From Polyangia bacterium (GTDB lineage Bacteria; Myxococcota_A; Polyangia; JAAYKL01): 45,398 bases of DNA. The stretch lies in assembly GCA_050287845.1 (NCBI GenBank), contig JBNKCR010000097.1:1-45398 (forward strand), written 5' to 3'. Under the pieces are notes generated by a model. That model was not told where the DNA came from. It did not search any database and saw only the letters and a program-made list of their open reading frames with translations. Shown here piece by piece: positions 26,995-36,600 of this stretch (the first letter of the stretch is position 1; each line of letters starts with the position of its first letter). The position numbers and the translations under genes are program-made.

Positions 26995-28230
26995 ATGGCA
27001 AATTGCGGAGATATTATTGTAGGTCTCGATATTGGCACAACAAAAGTTGCGGCGGTTGTGGGAGAGGTGACAGAAGAAGGCACAGATATTATCGGTATCG
27101 GATCACATCCCTCTGCAGGATTGCACAAGGGCGTTGTGGTGAATATTGACGCCACCTGCAATTCGATTACGCGCGCTATCGAAGAAGCAGAACAGATGGC
27201 TGGGGTAGAGATTTCCACAGTGTATGCCGGTATTGCCGGCGGCCATATTTCTTCCTTCAATAATAACGGCATTGTAGCTGTGAAAAATCGGGAAATTTCA
27301 CAGTCGGATGTGGACAGAGTGATTGAACAGGCGAAAGCAGTCGCCATTCCTCTTGATCGGGAAGTGATCCATGCGATTCCACAGGGATATGTTGTTGACG
27401 ATCAGGATGGTGTGAAAACGCCAGTAGGGATGAATGGCGTTCGTCTGGAGGGCCGCGTGCACATTATCACGGGTGCGGTAACCTCCGCACAGAATATCGT
27501 GAAGTGTGCGCAGCGATGCGGGCTCGATGTGGCAGATATTGTTCTTGAACAGATCGCTTCAGCTGAAGCAGTACTTCACGAGGATGAAAAAGAGCTGGGC
27601 GTGGCGATGGTGGATATTGGCGGCGGAACGACAGACCTGATTATTTACGTGGACGGATCGGTTGCGCATACGTCTGTGATTTCGGTTGGCGGAAAACATT
27701 TGACTGCGGATGTGGCTATGGGACTTCGAACACCCAAGGCGGAGGCGGAACGAATCAAACGGAATCATGGGTGCGCCATGGTCAAAATGGTCGATCCCGA
27801 TGAAACCATTCTCGTGCCTTCGGTGGGGGGGAGACCACCCATCGAACAGCCCAGAGAAGTTCTGGCACACATTATTGAGCCCCGTGTCGAAGAAATTTTC
27901 ATGTTGGTTCACCGCGCCATTCTCGAAAGCGGATACGCAGATTTACTCGCCAGCGGTCTGGTCGTCACGGGTGGTGCCACGCTTCTGGAAGGGTTGGCGG
28001 AGATGGCGGAAGAGACCACCGGAATGCCGGTGAGACGAGGCATCCCGTTTGGATTTGGTGGTATGGAGGATATGGTAGCCAATCCTATTTATGCCACCGG
28101 TGCAGGTCTGGTGAATTACGGTGCGATGCATGATAGCGATACGTCGGGCAGCGTGATTCGGGTCAGAGAAGACAAAGTGTACTCAAAAGTCTTCGGACGA
28201 ATGTCCGGGTGGTTTAGAGAAATATTTTAA
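26995..28230 (+). CDS. ftsA: Cell division protein FtsA
   Basis: VGLDIGTTKV, GVVVNID, DIGGGTTD, AERIK, VVTGGA, YATGAGL, C-terminal amphipathic helix GWFREIF. Confidence 0.97.
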   Translation: MANCGDIIVGLDIGTTKVAAVVGEVTEEGTDIIGIGSHPSAGLHKGVVVNIDATCNSITRAIEEAEQMAGVEISTVYAGIAGGHISSFNNNGIVAVKNREISQSDVDRVIEQAKAVAIPLDREVIHAIPQGYVVDDQDGVKTPVGMNGVRLEGRVHIITGAVTSAQNIVKCAQRCGLDVADIVLEQIASAEAVLHEDEKELGVAMVDIGGGTTDLIIYVDGSVAHTSVISVGGKHLTADVAMGLRTPKAEAERIKRNHGCAMVKMVDPDETILVPSVGGRPPIEQPREVLAHIIEPRVEEIFMLVHRAILESGYADLLASGLVVTGGATLLEGLAEMAEETTGMPVRRGIPFGFGGMEDMVANPIYATGAGLVNYGAMHDSDTSGSVIRVREDKVYSKVFGRMSGWFREIF

Positions 28231-28315
28231 ACTGTGCAGCTGTTGCGAGGCGCGGTGTTTCACCGGCAGCAGTTGTTACAAAGCGGCAAAAAAATAAGGA
28301 ATTCGGGAGGATTTC

Positions 28316-29518
28316 ATGCGTTTCGAACTTGATGGAATGGATCAGCATGCGAGGATTAAAGTTGTTGGGGTAGGCGGCGGCGGCGGCAATGCCGTGGCGA
28401 ATATGATTGCAGAGCAGATTGAAGGTGTTGAATTTGTGGTGGTGAATACAGATCATCAAGCTCTGGAGGCCAATCCTGCGACGACAAAAATTCAGATTGG
28501 CACCAATCTGACCAAGGGACTGGGTGCAGGCGGACATCCGGAAGTGGGTCGTAAAGCGGCGCTGGAAGACGTCTCTACGCTTGAAGAGGTTCTTCGCGGG
28601 TCTGATATGGTATTTATTGCCGCCGGTATGGGCGGTGGAACCGGCACGGGGGCAGCATCCATCGTTGCTCAGGTGGCTAAGGAAGTGGATGCACTGACCG
28701 TTGGTGTTGTGACCAAACCGTTCAGATTTGAAGGTCGACGCCGTTCCAGATTTGCGGAGGAAGGTATCAACGCATTGGGTGAGGAAGTGGATACCCAGAT
28801 TGTCATTCCCAATGAAAGCCTCCTGTCGCTGGAACAGAACCTCACCATCAACGACGCGTTCTGTTTTGCCGATCAGGTATTGTGCAATGCGGTCCGTGGA
28901 ATTTCAGATTTGATAACCATTCGTGGTCAGATCAATGTGGATTTCGCCGATGTTCGCACCATCATGACCAACCGTGGACGCGCATTGATGGGAACCGGTT
29001 ATGGCACTGGTCCCAATCGGGCCATGGATGCCGCTGAAATGGCAATCAACAGTCCATTGCTTGAAGACGTGAAAATAAACGGCGCCACTGGTATTCTGAT
29101 CAATATTACCGGTGGTCCGGACATGACCATGAACGAAGTGGCGGATGCGGTGGCGATGATTGAGGAATCCGCAGACGAGGATTCACACATCATTTTTGGA
29201 TATGTGACTCTGGAAGAGCCCTGCGATGAAGTGAAATGTACGGTGATTGCAACTGGATTCCAGCAGGAAGAATCCATGATCGCCCCCGGGGGATATCGCG
29301 GTGCATACGCGCCGAAATCGGCGTACAAGGATACCTGTGGAACCCACGTCGGTCGCCCCATGGCCAACGTATCTTCCGCCGGACGGGACAGTGATGTCAC
29401 CAATACGACCGGACAACACGCCGCAGCCGCACGACCGTCAGTGCCGAGAACATCCGTTACCCACAGCAATGATCTCGATATTCCCGCCTTTATCCGCAAA
29501 CAGCATCAGCAGGATTGA
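28316..29518 (+). CDS. ftsZ: Cell division protein FtsZ
   Basis: IKVVGVGGGGGNAV, GMGGGTGTG, INVDFADV, C-terminal DLDIPAFIRK. Confidence 0.98.
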   Translation: MRFELDGMDQHARIKVVGVGGGGGNAVANMIAEQIEGVEFVVVNTDHQALEANPATTKIQIGTNLTKGLGAGGHPEVGRKAALEDVSTLEEVLRGSDMVFIAAGMGGGTGTGAASIVAQVAKEVDALTVGVVTKPFRFEGRRRSRFAEEGINALGEEVDTQIVIPNESLLSLEQNLTINDAFCFADQVLCNAVRGISDLITIRGQINVDFADVRTIMTNRGRALMGTGYGTGPNRAMDAAEMAINSPLLEDVKINGATGILINITGGPDMTMNEVADAVAMIEESADEDSHIIFGYVTLEEPCDEVKCTVIATGFQQEESMIAPGGYRGAYAPKSAYKDTCGTHVGRPMANVSSAGRDSDVTNTTGQHAAAARPSVPRTSVTHSNDLDIPAFIRKQHQQD

Positions 29519-29533
29519 TTTCGACAACCTTCT

Positions 29534-30049
29534 CTATTGCTGCGTCTGGAAGACAGAGAGATACTCTTTAAATTCCCGTTTCAGAGCAACAATATCCTGC
29601 CTGGACATTTTGAGTTGGGTGGCCAGGTTGAACAGTATATTTTCTTCTTCGAGACAAATGGTACCGTCTGCGGCAGCAATGCGAAACAGATTCAATAGCA
29701 GATGCTGCTTCTGTTCCGGATTCATGGATTCGTTGGCCAGCCTGGAATAAAAGTGTTCTTCCAGAGTGAGCAACTCAATCCGCTGTTCAACAATGAGTTC
29801 CATGACGATGTTTACCGATTCCGGTGAAAGATGCGACTCTGCCAGCAGTATGGCCCGGGTTTTGTCCAGCTCGTCATCGGTGATGTGCGTATCGGCATAT
29901 GCAATGCGTCCGCATAGCCCGGCGATGGCGGTGATTTGTTTCAATTCGGATTCATTCAGATGCTCTCCCAGCCGGGAAATTCTGTCGAACAGTTGTCCGT
30001 AATCTTCATGGGGCGTGGATTCAAGGTTAAAAAGTTTTAAGAGATTCAT
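29534..30049 (-). CDS. TerB family (tellurite resistance/DjlA N-terminal-like) protein
   Basis: IAYADTHITDDE and IAAADGTICLEEE..LATQL motifs; start 30049 or 30061. Confidence 0.8.
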   Translation of the reverse strand: MNLLKLFNLESTPHEDYGQLFDRISRLGEHLNESELKQITAIAGLCGRIAYADTHITDDELDKTRAILLAESHLSPESVNIVMELIVEQRIELLTLEEHFYSRLANESMNPEQKQHLLLNLFRIAAADGTICLEEENILFNLATQLKMSRQDIVALKREFKEYLSVFQTQQ

Positions 30050-30097
30050 TGATGTCTCCATCCTTACAGGTTTCTGCAGACTGCGGGATTCATTGCG

Positions 30098-30826
30098 CTA
30101 CAGAAATGATGTGATGTCCGGCCTCAGCCATAGGCTCAACACGAGGAAAACGCTGTGGCACAGCACGCCGGGAATGAGCGAACGGGAGCGCAGCGTCAAC
30201 ATTGAGAGAACAATTCCCAGAAAAAGACTGAGCAGTGCAGCCAATGGGCCGAGGATAAACAGATAAAATACGCCATAGACCACTGCTGTCATCAGAACCG
30301 CCATGCCGTGGCTGACAATCAGCATCAATCGCGTTTGAATGAAACCGCGCCAGAAAAGCTCTTCTCCGACACCCAGGATGATGCCACCACCAATCCCCAA
30401 CAGAATCGGATTCATGTCTCCCGCAGCGGCGCGAAGGGAAAGCAGCCACGAAAGCAGGGAGGGCAGGCTCTCCTGAGACAGGCCACCGGCATCGATAACC
30501 ATTGATGTGGCCGTTTGAATGGTCATATCAAGCAATGCATAGAGAAACAGTGCCGCCATCGGACCGACGAGCGTCCATGTGGTTCGCCAGTTTTTCAGTA
30601 ACGCGAAGATGAGGGGCGATTCGCGGAAGAATGCCCACGATGCCGCAAACACTGCAGTGACAGTTATCGTGATCCACTCAGGCAGTTCCAGCACATAAGT
30701 GAACGTTGCCGCGGTCAGAAAAAGTATCATGAGTGGAAGCCGGATATCGGTAACCGGATCTTTTTCCGCTGGACCACGGGGTTCGCGCGGATTCTCGTTT
30801 TTGTTGGATGAAATGTTGCTTTTCAC
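30098..30826 (-). CDS. CPBP (Abi/CAAX) family intramembrane glutamic protease-like protein
   Basis: Multi-TM; GEELFWRG motif 1; RSRSLIPGVLCH motif. Confidence 0.8.
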   Translation of the reverse strand: MKSNISSNKNENPREPRGPAEKDPVTDIRLPLMILFLTAATFTYVLELPEWITITVTAVFAASWAFFRESPLIFALLKNWRTTWTLVGPMAALFLYALLDMTIQTATSMVIDAGGLSQESLPSLLSWLLSLRAAAGDMNPILLGIGGGIILGVGEELFWRGFIQTRLMLIVSHGMAVLMTAVVYGVFYLFILGPLAALLSLFLGIVLSMLTLRSRSLIPGVLCHSVFLVLSLWLRPDITSFL

Positions 30827-30904
30827 AGGTTCTTTTTACAAAACCTCATCGCGATTGTCTAAAGTTTTAGGAAAAAGCGCCATATCCGCTACAATGATGA
30901 AGAA

Positions 30905-31441
30905 ATGAAGTATTCGGTTATTTGTCTTTTCCTGATGTATTCACTGGTGGCATCCACCGGTTGGGCGTTGCATCCGTCGGGAGTTCCCCCCCAGGGTGGA
31001 TGGACGCCGGGGCCGGGTATAACCGTTGGCGGAAGTGCTGCGTACGTGCATGGCGGATCGTTCTCCCATGGGTTTGCCTCCGGAATTGAGGTGTCCCTTT
31101 TTCAGAAGCTGCAGTCCCCCTTCTCCTTCTGGGTCACGGGGGGGGGAAAAGTCGTTGCTGCGGACCGGGCGGTGGCAATGCCATACGCGGAATTGGGAAT
31201 CAACATGTTTCTCTTTAATCTGGGCGCGGGATATGGTGTCGGATTGCCGGGCACCATTGGCAGGCATCACTTGAATGGATTCGTGGGCACGGCAGTTCCA
31301 CTGTACTTCAGGGACCGGAATAGACTGTTCTTTCTGGAACTCTACTATCGACCGATGCTGTCATTTCCCGTGGCGGACTATGGGGTCTCCCATGAGTTGG
31401 GACTGATGTTCAAATGGCTCTTCAAATTTCAGAATCGTTGA
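30905..31441 (+). CDS. Hypothetical exported protein, possibly a small outer-membrane beta-barrel
   Basis: Signal peptide; alternating Gly/aromatic beta-strand pattern. Confidence 0.55.
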   Translation: MKYSVICLFLMYSLVASTGWALHPSGVPPQGGWTPGPGITVGGSAAYVHGGSFSHGFASGIEVSLFQKLQSPFSFWVTGGGKVVAADRAVAMPYAELGINMFLFNLGAGYGVGLPGTIGRHHLNGFVGTAVPLYFRDRNRLFFLELYYRPMLSFPVADYGVSHELGLMFKWLFKFQNR

Positions 31442-31542
31442 ACCACCTCGCCTGAAATCGGCCCTGCGGCATCAATTCGCTGCAGTGTCAATGAATCGAA
31501 ATCTGTTTCATAAGACGAACTGCAGGAATACTGGCCAAAGAT

Positions 31543-31682
31543 GAAACAATAATGTTGCTGAAACATGATTAAGTACAAAAATGTAGCAGCAATACAGAGT
31601 TGAACATTTTTTTGTTTTCACACTTTTTCCTTTATTTTCAATAGTTTGAGTTGCGTAGAGAATAGATGGCACGGCGAATGCT
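31543..31682 (+). promoter_or_regulatory. sigma54 promoter of amtB-glnK with two upstream palindromic activator-like sites and an IHF-like site
   Basis: TGGCACG-GCGA-ATGCT at 31667-31682; GAAACA-ATAA-TGTTGC (31543-31558); AGTACA-AAAA-TGTAGC (31572-31587); TTTCAATAGTTTG (31636-31648). Confidence 0.75.
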
Positions 31683-31802
31683 CTTGTGGCTCTGTGTTCC
31701 GAACGGATTGTCCGGAGACATCTGTTCAGGGCGCTTGGATTAAAACCATTTTGCGTTCACGCTCAACACCGTGGATGTAAGGAAAGGATGTGTGTGACAA
31801 TC

Positions 31803-33158
31803 ATGAAACGCTATTTCGCCTTAGTGTTGGCAGGTATCCTGATGCTGGTGGGCACGACCTCGTTCGCCGCAGAGCCCGACGCCGCTGCAGCAGCCACAGA
31901 ACAGCTACAGACCAATTTGAATGTGGTATGGACATGTGTTGCGGCATTTCTCGTGTTCCTGATGCAGGCAGGGTTCGCTCTTGTTGAAGCAGGGTTCACA
32001 CGTGCAAAGAACGCCGTGAATATTATTATGAAAAACCTGATGGACTTCGCCATCGGCTCCCTTGGATTTCTTTTTGTGGGATTCGGATTGATGTTTGGTG
32101 CCACCAATGGCCTCTTCGGTACTACTGATTTCATGATTTCGGACGCCACTGGAGATGCGTGGGATTACACGTTTCTGATTTTCCAGACAGTTTTTGCCGC
32201 AACGGCCGCAACAATTGTGTCCGGCGCAATGGCGGAACGAACCAAGTTTTCGTCCTACCTGATATACAGTGTGGTTGTCACTGTGCTGATTTATCCGGTG
32301 TTCGGTTCCTGGGCATGGGGAAGTCTATTCAAAGGAGACGGCTGGCTTGAAGGTCTCGGATTTGTTGACTTTGCCGGATCGACGGTTGTTCACTCCATCG
32401 GTGGCTGGGTGGCATTGGCTGGCGCTATCGTGCTCGGACCGCGCCTTGGTAAATATGGCCCGGATAAAAAACCCCGCGCGATTCTCGGGCATAATATGAC
32501 TTTTGCCGCACTTGGCGTCTTCATCCTGTGGTTCGGATGGTTCGGATTCAATCCCGGTTCCACTACTACTGGCGACGGTTCCATCGGCCGAATCGCTGTT
32601 ACGACAAACCTGGCCGCCGCCGCCGGTGTGATTGGCGCTCTGATTACCGGTTGGATTCTGTTCAGGAAACCCGATGCATCAATGACCCTCAACGGCGCAC
32701 TTGCCGGTCTGGTGGCAATTACATCTCCCTGTGCCACTGTAACACCGGTTGGCGCAGTGTTGATTGGACTCATTGCCGGTGTCATTGTTGTGTTCGCCAT
32801 TCTGATGTTCGATAAGATTCTGAGAGTGGACGATCCGGTCGGTGCCATCAGCGTGCACGGTGTGTGCGGTGCATGGGGAACACTGTCTGCTGGGTTGTTC
32901 AATGCAGAATTTGCACTGGGTATCGGCGAAGCCAATACAGGATTGTTCTACGGTGGCGGGGCGCATCAGTTCGGTGTTCAGGCAATCGGTGTGGCAGCCG
33001 CCTTCGGTTGGGCGTTCATCGTTGGTCTGATTCTTTTCTTCATCCTGAAGAAAACAGTTGGTCTCCGTGTGAGCAGAGAAGAAGAAATCAAGGGACTCGA
33101 TCTTTCTGAGCACGGTTCTGAAGCCTACGCAGGATTTCAGATTTACCTCAATCAGTGA
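31803..33158 (+). CDS. amtB: Ammonium transporter AmtB
   Basis: MQAGFALVEAG, FQTVFAAT..IVSGAMAER, DFAGSTVVH (His1), WFGWFGFN, DDPVGAISVHG (His2); start 31788 or 31803. Confidence 0.97.
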   Translation: MKRYFALVLAGILMLVGTTSFAAEPDAAAAATEQLQTNLNVVWTCVAAFLVFLMQAGFALVEAGFTRAKNAVNIIMKNLMDFAIGSLGFLFVGFGLMFGATNGLFGTTDFMISDATGDAWDYTFLIFQTVFAATAATIVSGAMAERTKFSSYLIYSVVVTVLIYPVFGSWAWGSLFKGDGWLEGLGFVDFAGSTVVHSIGGWVALAGAIVLGPRLGKYGPDKKPRAILGHNMTFAALGVFILWFGWFGFNPGSTTTGDGSIGRIAVTTNLAAAAGVIGALITGWILFRKPDASMTLNGALAGLVAITSPCATVTPVGAVLIGLIAGVIVVFAILMFDKILRVDDPVGAISVHGVCGAWGTLSAGLFNAEFALGIGEANTGLFYGGGAHQFGVQAIGVAAAFGWAFIVGLILFFILKKTVGLRVSREEEIKGLDLSEHGSEAYAGFQIYLNQ

Positions 33159-33207
33159 TGCACGGGCCAACTGAGGAAACCAACGGATTTTGTAAAGGAG
33201 TAATACA

Positions 33208-33549
33208 ATGAAACTAATTATTGCATATATTCAGCCGGAACGACTCAATGACGTCAAGCAGTCACTGTACGCGGCGGATATTAAAAAAATGTCCGTAACC
33301 AATGCCCTCGGCTGTGGTGCTCAGGGCGGATATGCGGAGCACTATCGCGGGGTTGAAATTGAAGTGAATCTGCTGAAAAAAGTGCGTCTTGAAATCGCGG
33401 TGAACGATGAATTCAAAAAGGCGACGATTGACGCAATTGTCAAAGGCGCTCGCACCGACACCATCGGTGATGGGAAAATATTTATTCTGGATCTGCCGGA
33501 ATGCATACGTATCCGAACCGGTGAAGAGGGCGAAGAAGCCGTCGGCTGA
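33208..33549 (+). CDS. glnK: P-II nitrogen regulatory protein
   Basis: AAGGAG RBS; G.G.Q.G...YRG T-loop, [14 protein letters not shown]; adjacent to amtB. Confidence 0.93.
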   Translation: MKLIIAYIQPERLNDVKQSLYAADIKKMSVTNALGCGAQGGYAEHYRGVEIEVNLLKKVRLEIAVNDEFKKATIDAIVKGARTDTIGDGKIFILDLPECIRIRTGEEGEEAVG

Positions 33550-33696
33550 ACAGGCTGCTCACTGATTGCACATCGCAACATCCTTGATTCATTCCAATTC
33601 CACTTCCCGATATTTTCACTGACTCTGAGCCCACAGTATCTCAAATTTACGTTCAATGAACTTGTGTTTTTACGACGGTGCCCATAGTTTCTGCTC

Positions 33697-36600
33697 ATGG
33701 CGAAGCGAAAACCGACAATTGACGAGCTGCGGCGAAAAATACTGGAAATGCAGGAAAATAAAATATCGGCGGGGAAGGATACGCACCAGGCGCCTACGCG
33801 CCAGGCGCCCACGTTCAACTGGCTGGAGACCGGGAGCGCAGTGGATGACATCCCGGACGCGGACGATGACGAGGCGGACGGAAACAGCACGATGAATACC
33901 TGGCCGTTTAAAGAAATGGATGCAGCCGATATCTTCAATGAAGATGAAGCGGACGATGTGGTGGAACAATGGCATGCACTGTTGAGCGAGAGCCCCTTCG
34001 AAATTCTGGATGAAATGGACGCCGAACTGTGGTTCGAAGATGCTGAAACGTTCGCCAGACGCATCGATTCGGTTAAGCCACGTCTCATTCCGCCATTATT
34101 GCGGGATATTTCCAGGTGGATCGCGGACAATGAATTGCAGCACGTGGCGAATATTTCGATTCGCGAGCTGCAGCGCTGGCAGCATTTCTCCATCACCCAT
34201 TGTCGACATGCCGACCGGCTCAGCGAAATTCTGAACAGTCCACCGGGTAGCCTGAAACACAGGTACATGCAGAAAAATACCCGGTTTATTCAGGCGGTGC
34301 ATCAGTATCTGCAGTTCTGGATTCAGCGAAAGGCTGGCGAGGCGCACCGGTTACAACAATGGGAAACCATTGATGTTTCGCCTTCTTTCAATGAAACAGT
34401 GAACCATCTTCGCGCTTTCCGGCAATCGCTGGTTGGATTTCCGAGCGCCATGGAACCGGTGCTTCATCAGAAATCCAACGTGCTGATTCCCCACAGTGCC
34501 GTGGGGATGGGCATCGAATTTATTCGGAGAGCGCACGTTCGTTCGACCGATGAAAATGTGACAGTGGGGTTTCACGTGCTGGGTGATAACCGCTCGGGGT
34601 TCAGCTGCAATTGCGGCGAGCTGGCATACGAGCCCTGTTCTCACATCCGGGTGCTGGTGGAGTGGATGCTGGATGTGCTGGCCTATGAGCAGGAGCCAGC
34701 CCACGAACCGTTGCGGCAGCGGTTGAGCGCACCTTTGTGGAAACTGGGCCTCATTCAATTGCAAACCAATATTCAGTTGCTGCAAACAGGGAGTGATGCG
34801 ACCCTTGCCACGGCTTCCCAGCATCGTCTGGCATGGCGCATCAACGAAAAATATCTTGGACGGGATGGTATTTTTTTTGAACCCATTGTGCAGTCTCCCG
34901 GTGCCAATGGTAAATGGACAAAGGGCCGCCGGATTTCGGAAGCCCAGTGGCAGTATGACTTCGCGCCTTTTCTGGAGCGCGAACATCCCCAGGTGGCGCG
35001 GTATTATCAAATCCTGAAAGAAAGCGATTTTGCCCTGCCTCACACGTCCGACCAGAAGCTGGCGGACTTGCTGATGTCCATTGCGGATTCACCCCGAATT
35101 TATCTGAGCGGAACGAAAAATAGTCCCATTCAGGTACAGGTGGAAAAGGTGGTGTTTGCGGTGGCGCCCGGTGAGAAGGGCATTCAGACCGCCATCCGCC
35201 TCGGGGATTTGCTGATGACGGGAAAAGAAATCGTTGAACATATGCTCAGCCAACGTCATCTATATCATCTCGATGCAGAGCGGGGAATCTTTGTTATCGG
35301 GGAGATTTCCAGGCATACCCGGCCCTTTGCAGTTTTCTGTCTGCAGAACCGAAGCGTTCTGCCCTCGGAGGCGGCGCCGGAATTATTTGCCCTGCTGGCT
35401 GAGGCGGAGGATGTGGATGTGTGGGTGCATCCGGCCCTGCGTGGGAAAACCGTTGCCCCGGACACGGGGATTGTGGCCCGGGTGATGCCGGAGGACGAGT
35501 TTGATTTTCAGCTGTCTCTTCATGTGTATCCGGTTGGGGGCAGCGTGGCCTATGCGCCGGGAGCGGGCCCCCGGGAGTTGATTCGGGAACTGGACGGTAC
35601 CCGGGTGTTCGTGGACCGGGACCTCGAGGGAGAAATGGATGCGGCGCGGGGCATTGCGGCGAAATTGTCATTGCCGATAGATGAAACCGGGTTGGCGTTT
35701 TGCTGGCACATAAATGTAGCGGACAGAGCGCTGGAGGTGCTGGCCACGCTGAGTGGGCTTAGCAGTGTTCAGGTGGAATGGCCAGAGGGGGCCACCCCGC
35801 TTCGCGTATTGCGCGCCGGAACACCGAGTCTGCAGGTGACGGCCAGGCAGAAGCAGGACTGGTTTCTGATTGGTGGCCATGTCACCGTTGAGGATACCGA
35901 AGTATCCCTGAAGGATTTGCTGGCTGCGGTGCGAAAGCGACAGCGCTTTGTGCGCCTGAAAAAAGGCGAGTTCCTGGTGCTGCAAAAGGATCTGTATGAC
36001 CGGCTGACCACCATCGGCAGCCTCGACGATGGTGAATCCAGCGATGGGGTGTCGGTTCCCAAATCCGGTATTCCGTTCATGGATACCCAGCTCGAAGATT
36101 TGTCGTTTCATGGCGGCCGGGGGTGGAACGCCGTCAAAGCACGCATTGCTGAAGCCCGCACACTGGCACCGGAGGTGCCCCACTCATTCACCGGCACCCT
36201 GCGGCCATATCAACGGGAGGGATTTGAGTGGCTGTGCCGTCTTTCTCACTGGGCAGGCGGCGCGTGTCTCGCGGACGATATGGGGCTGGGAAAAACCCTG
36301 CAGGCTCTGGCGCTCCTCCTTGTTCGGGAGTGTCAGACGCCGTCGCTGATTGTCAGTCCCATGTCGGTATGTCACAATTGGATGAGTGAAGCCGCCACGT
36401 TCGCGCCGTCGCTGGACATGCGGCTTTATCACGGCGCCTTTCGCGAAACTTCATTACAGGGGATGACTCCGGATACGGTATTGGTGACCAGTTACGATAC
36501 CCTGGCGTCCAATGTGGACGCACTGAACGAAATTCAGTTTGACATGGTGGTGCTTGATGAGGCGCAGATGATCAAGAATGCCCTCTCCAAACGCGCCCGG

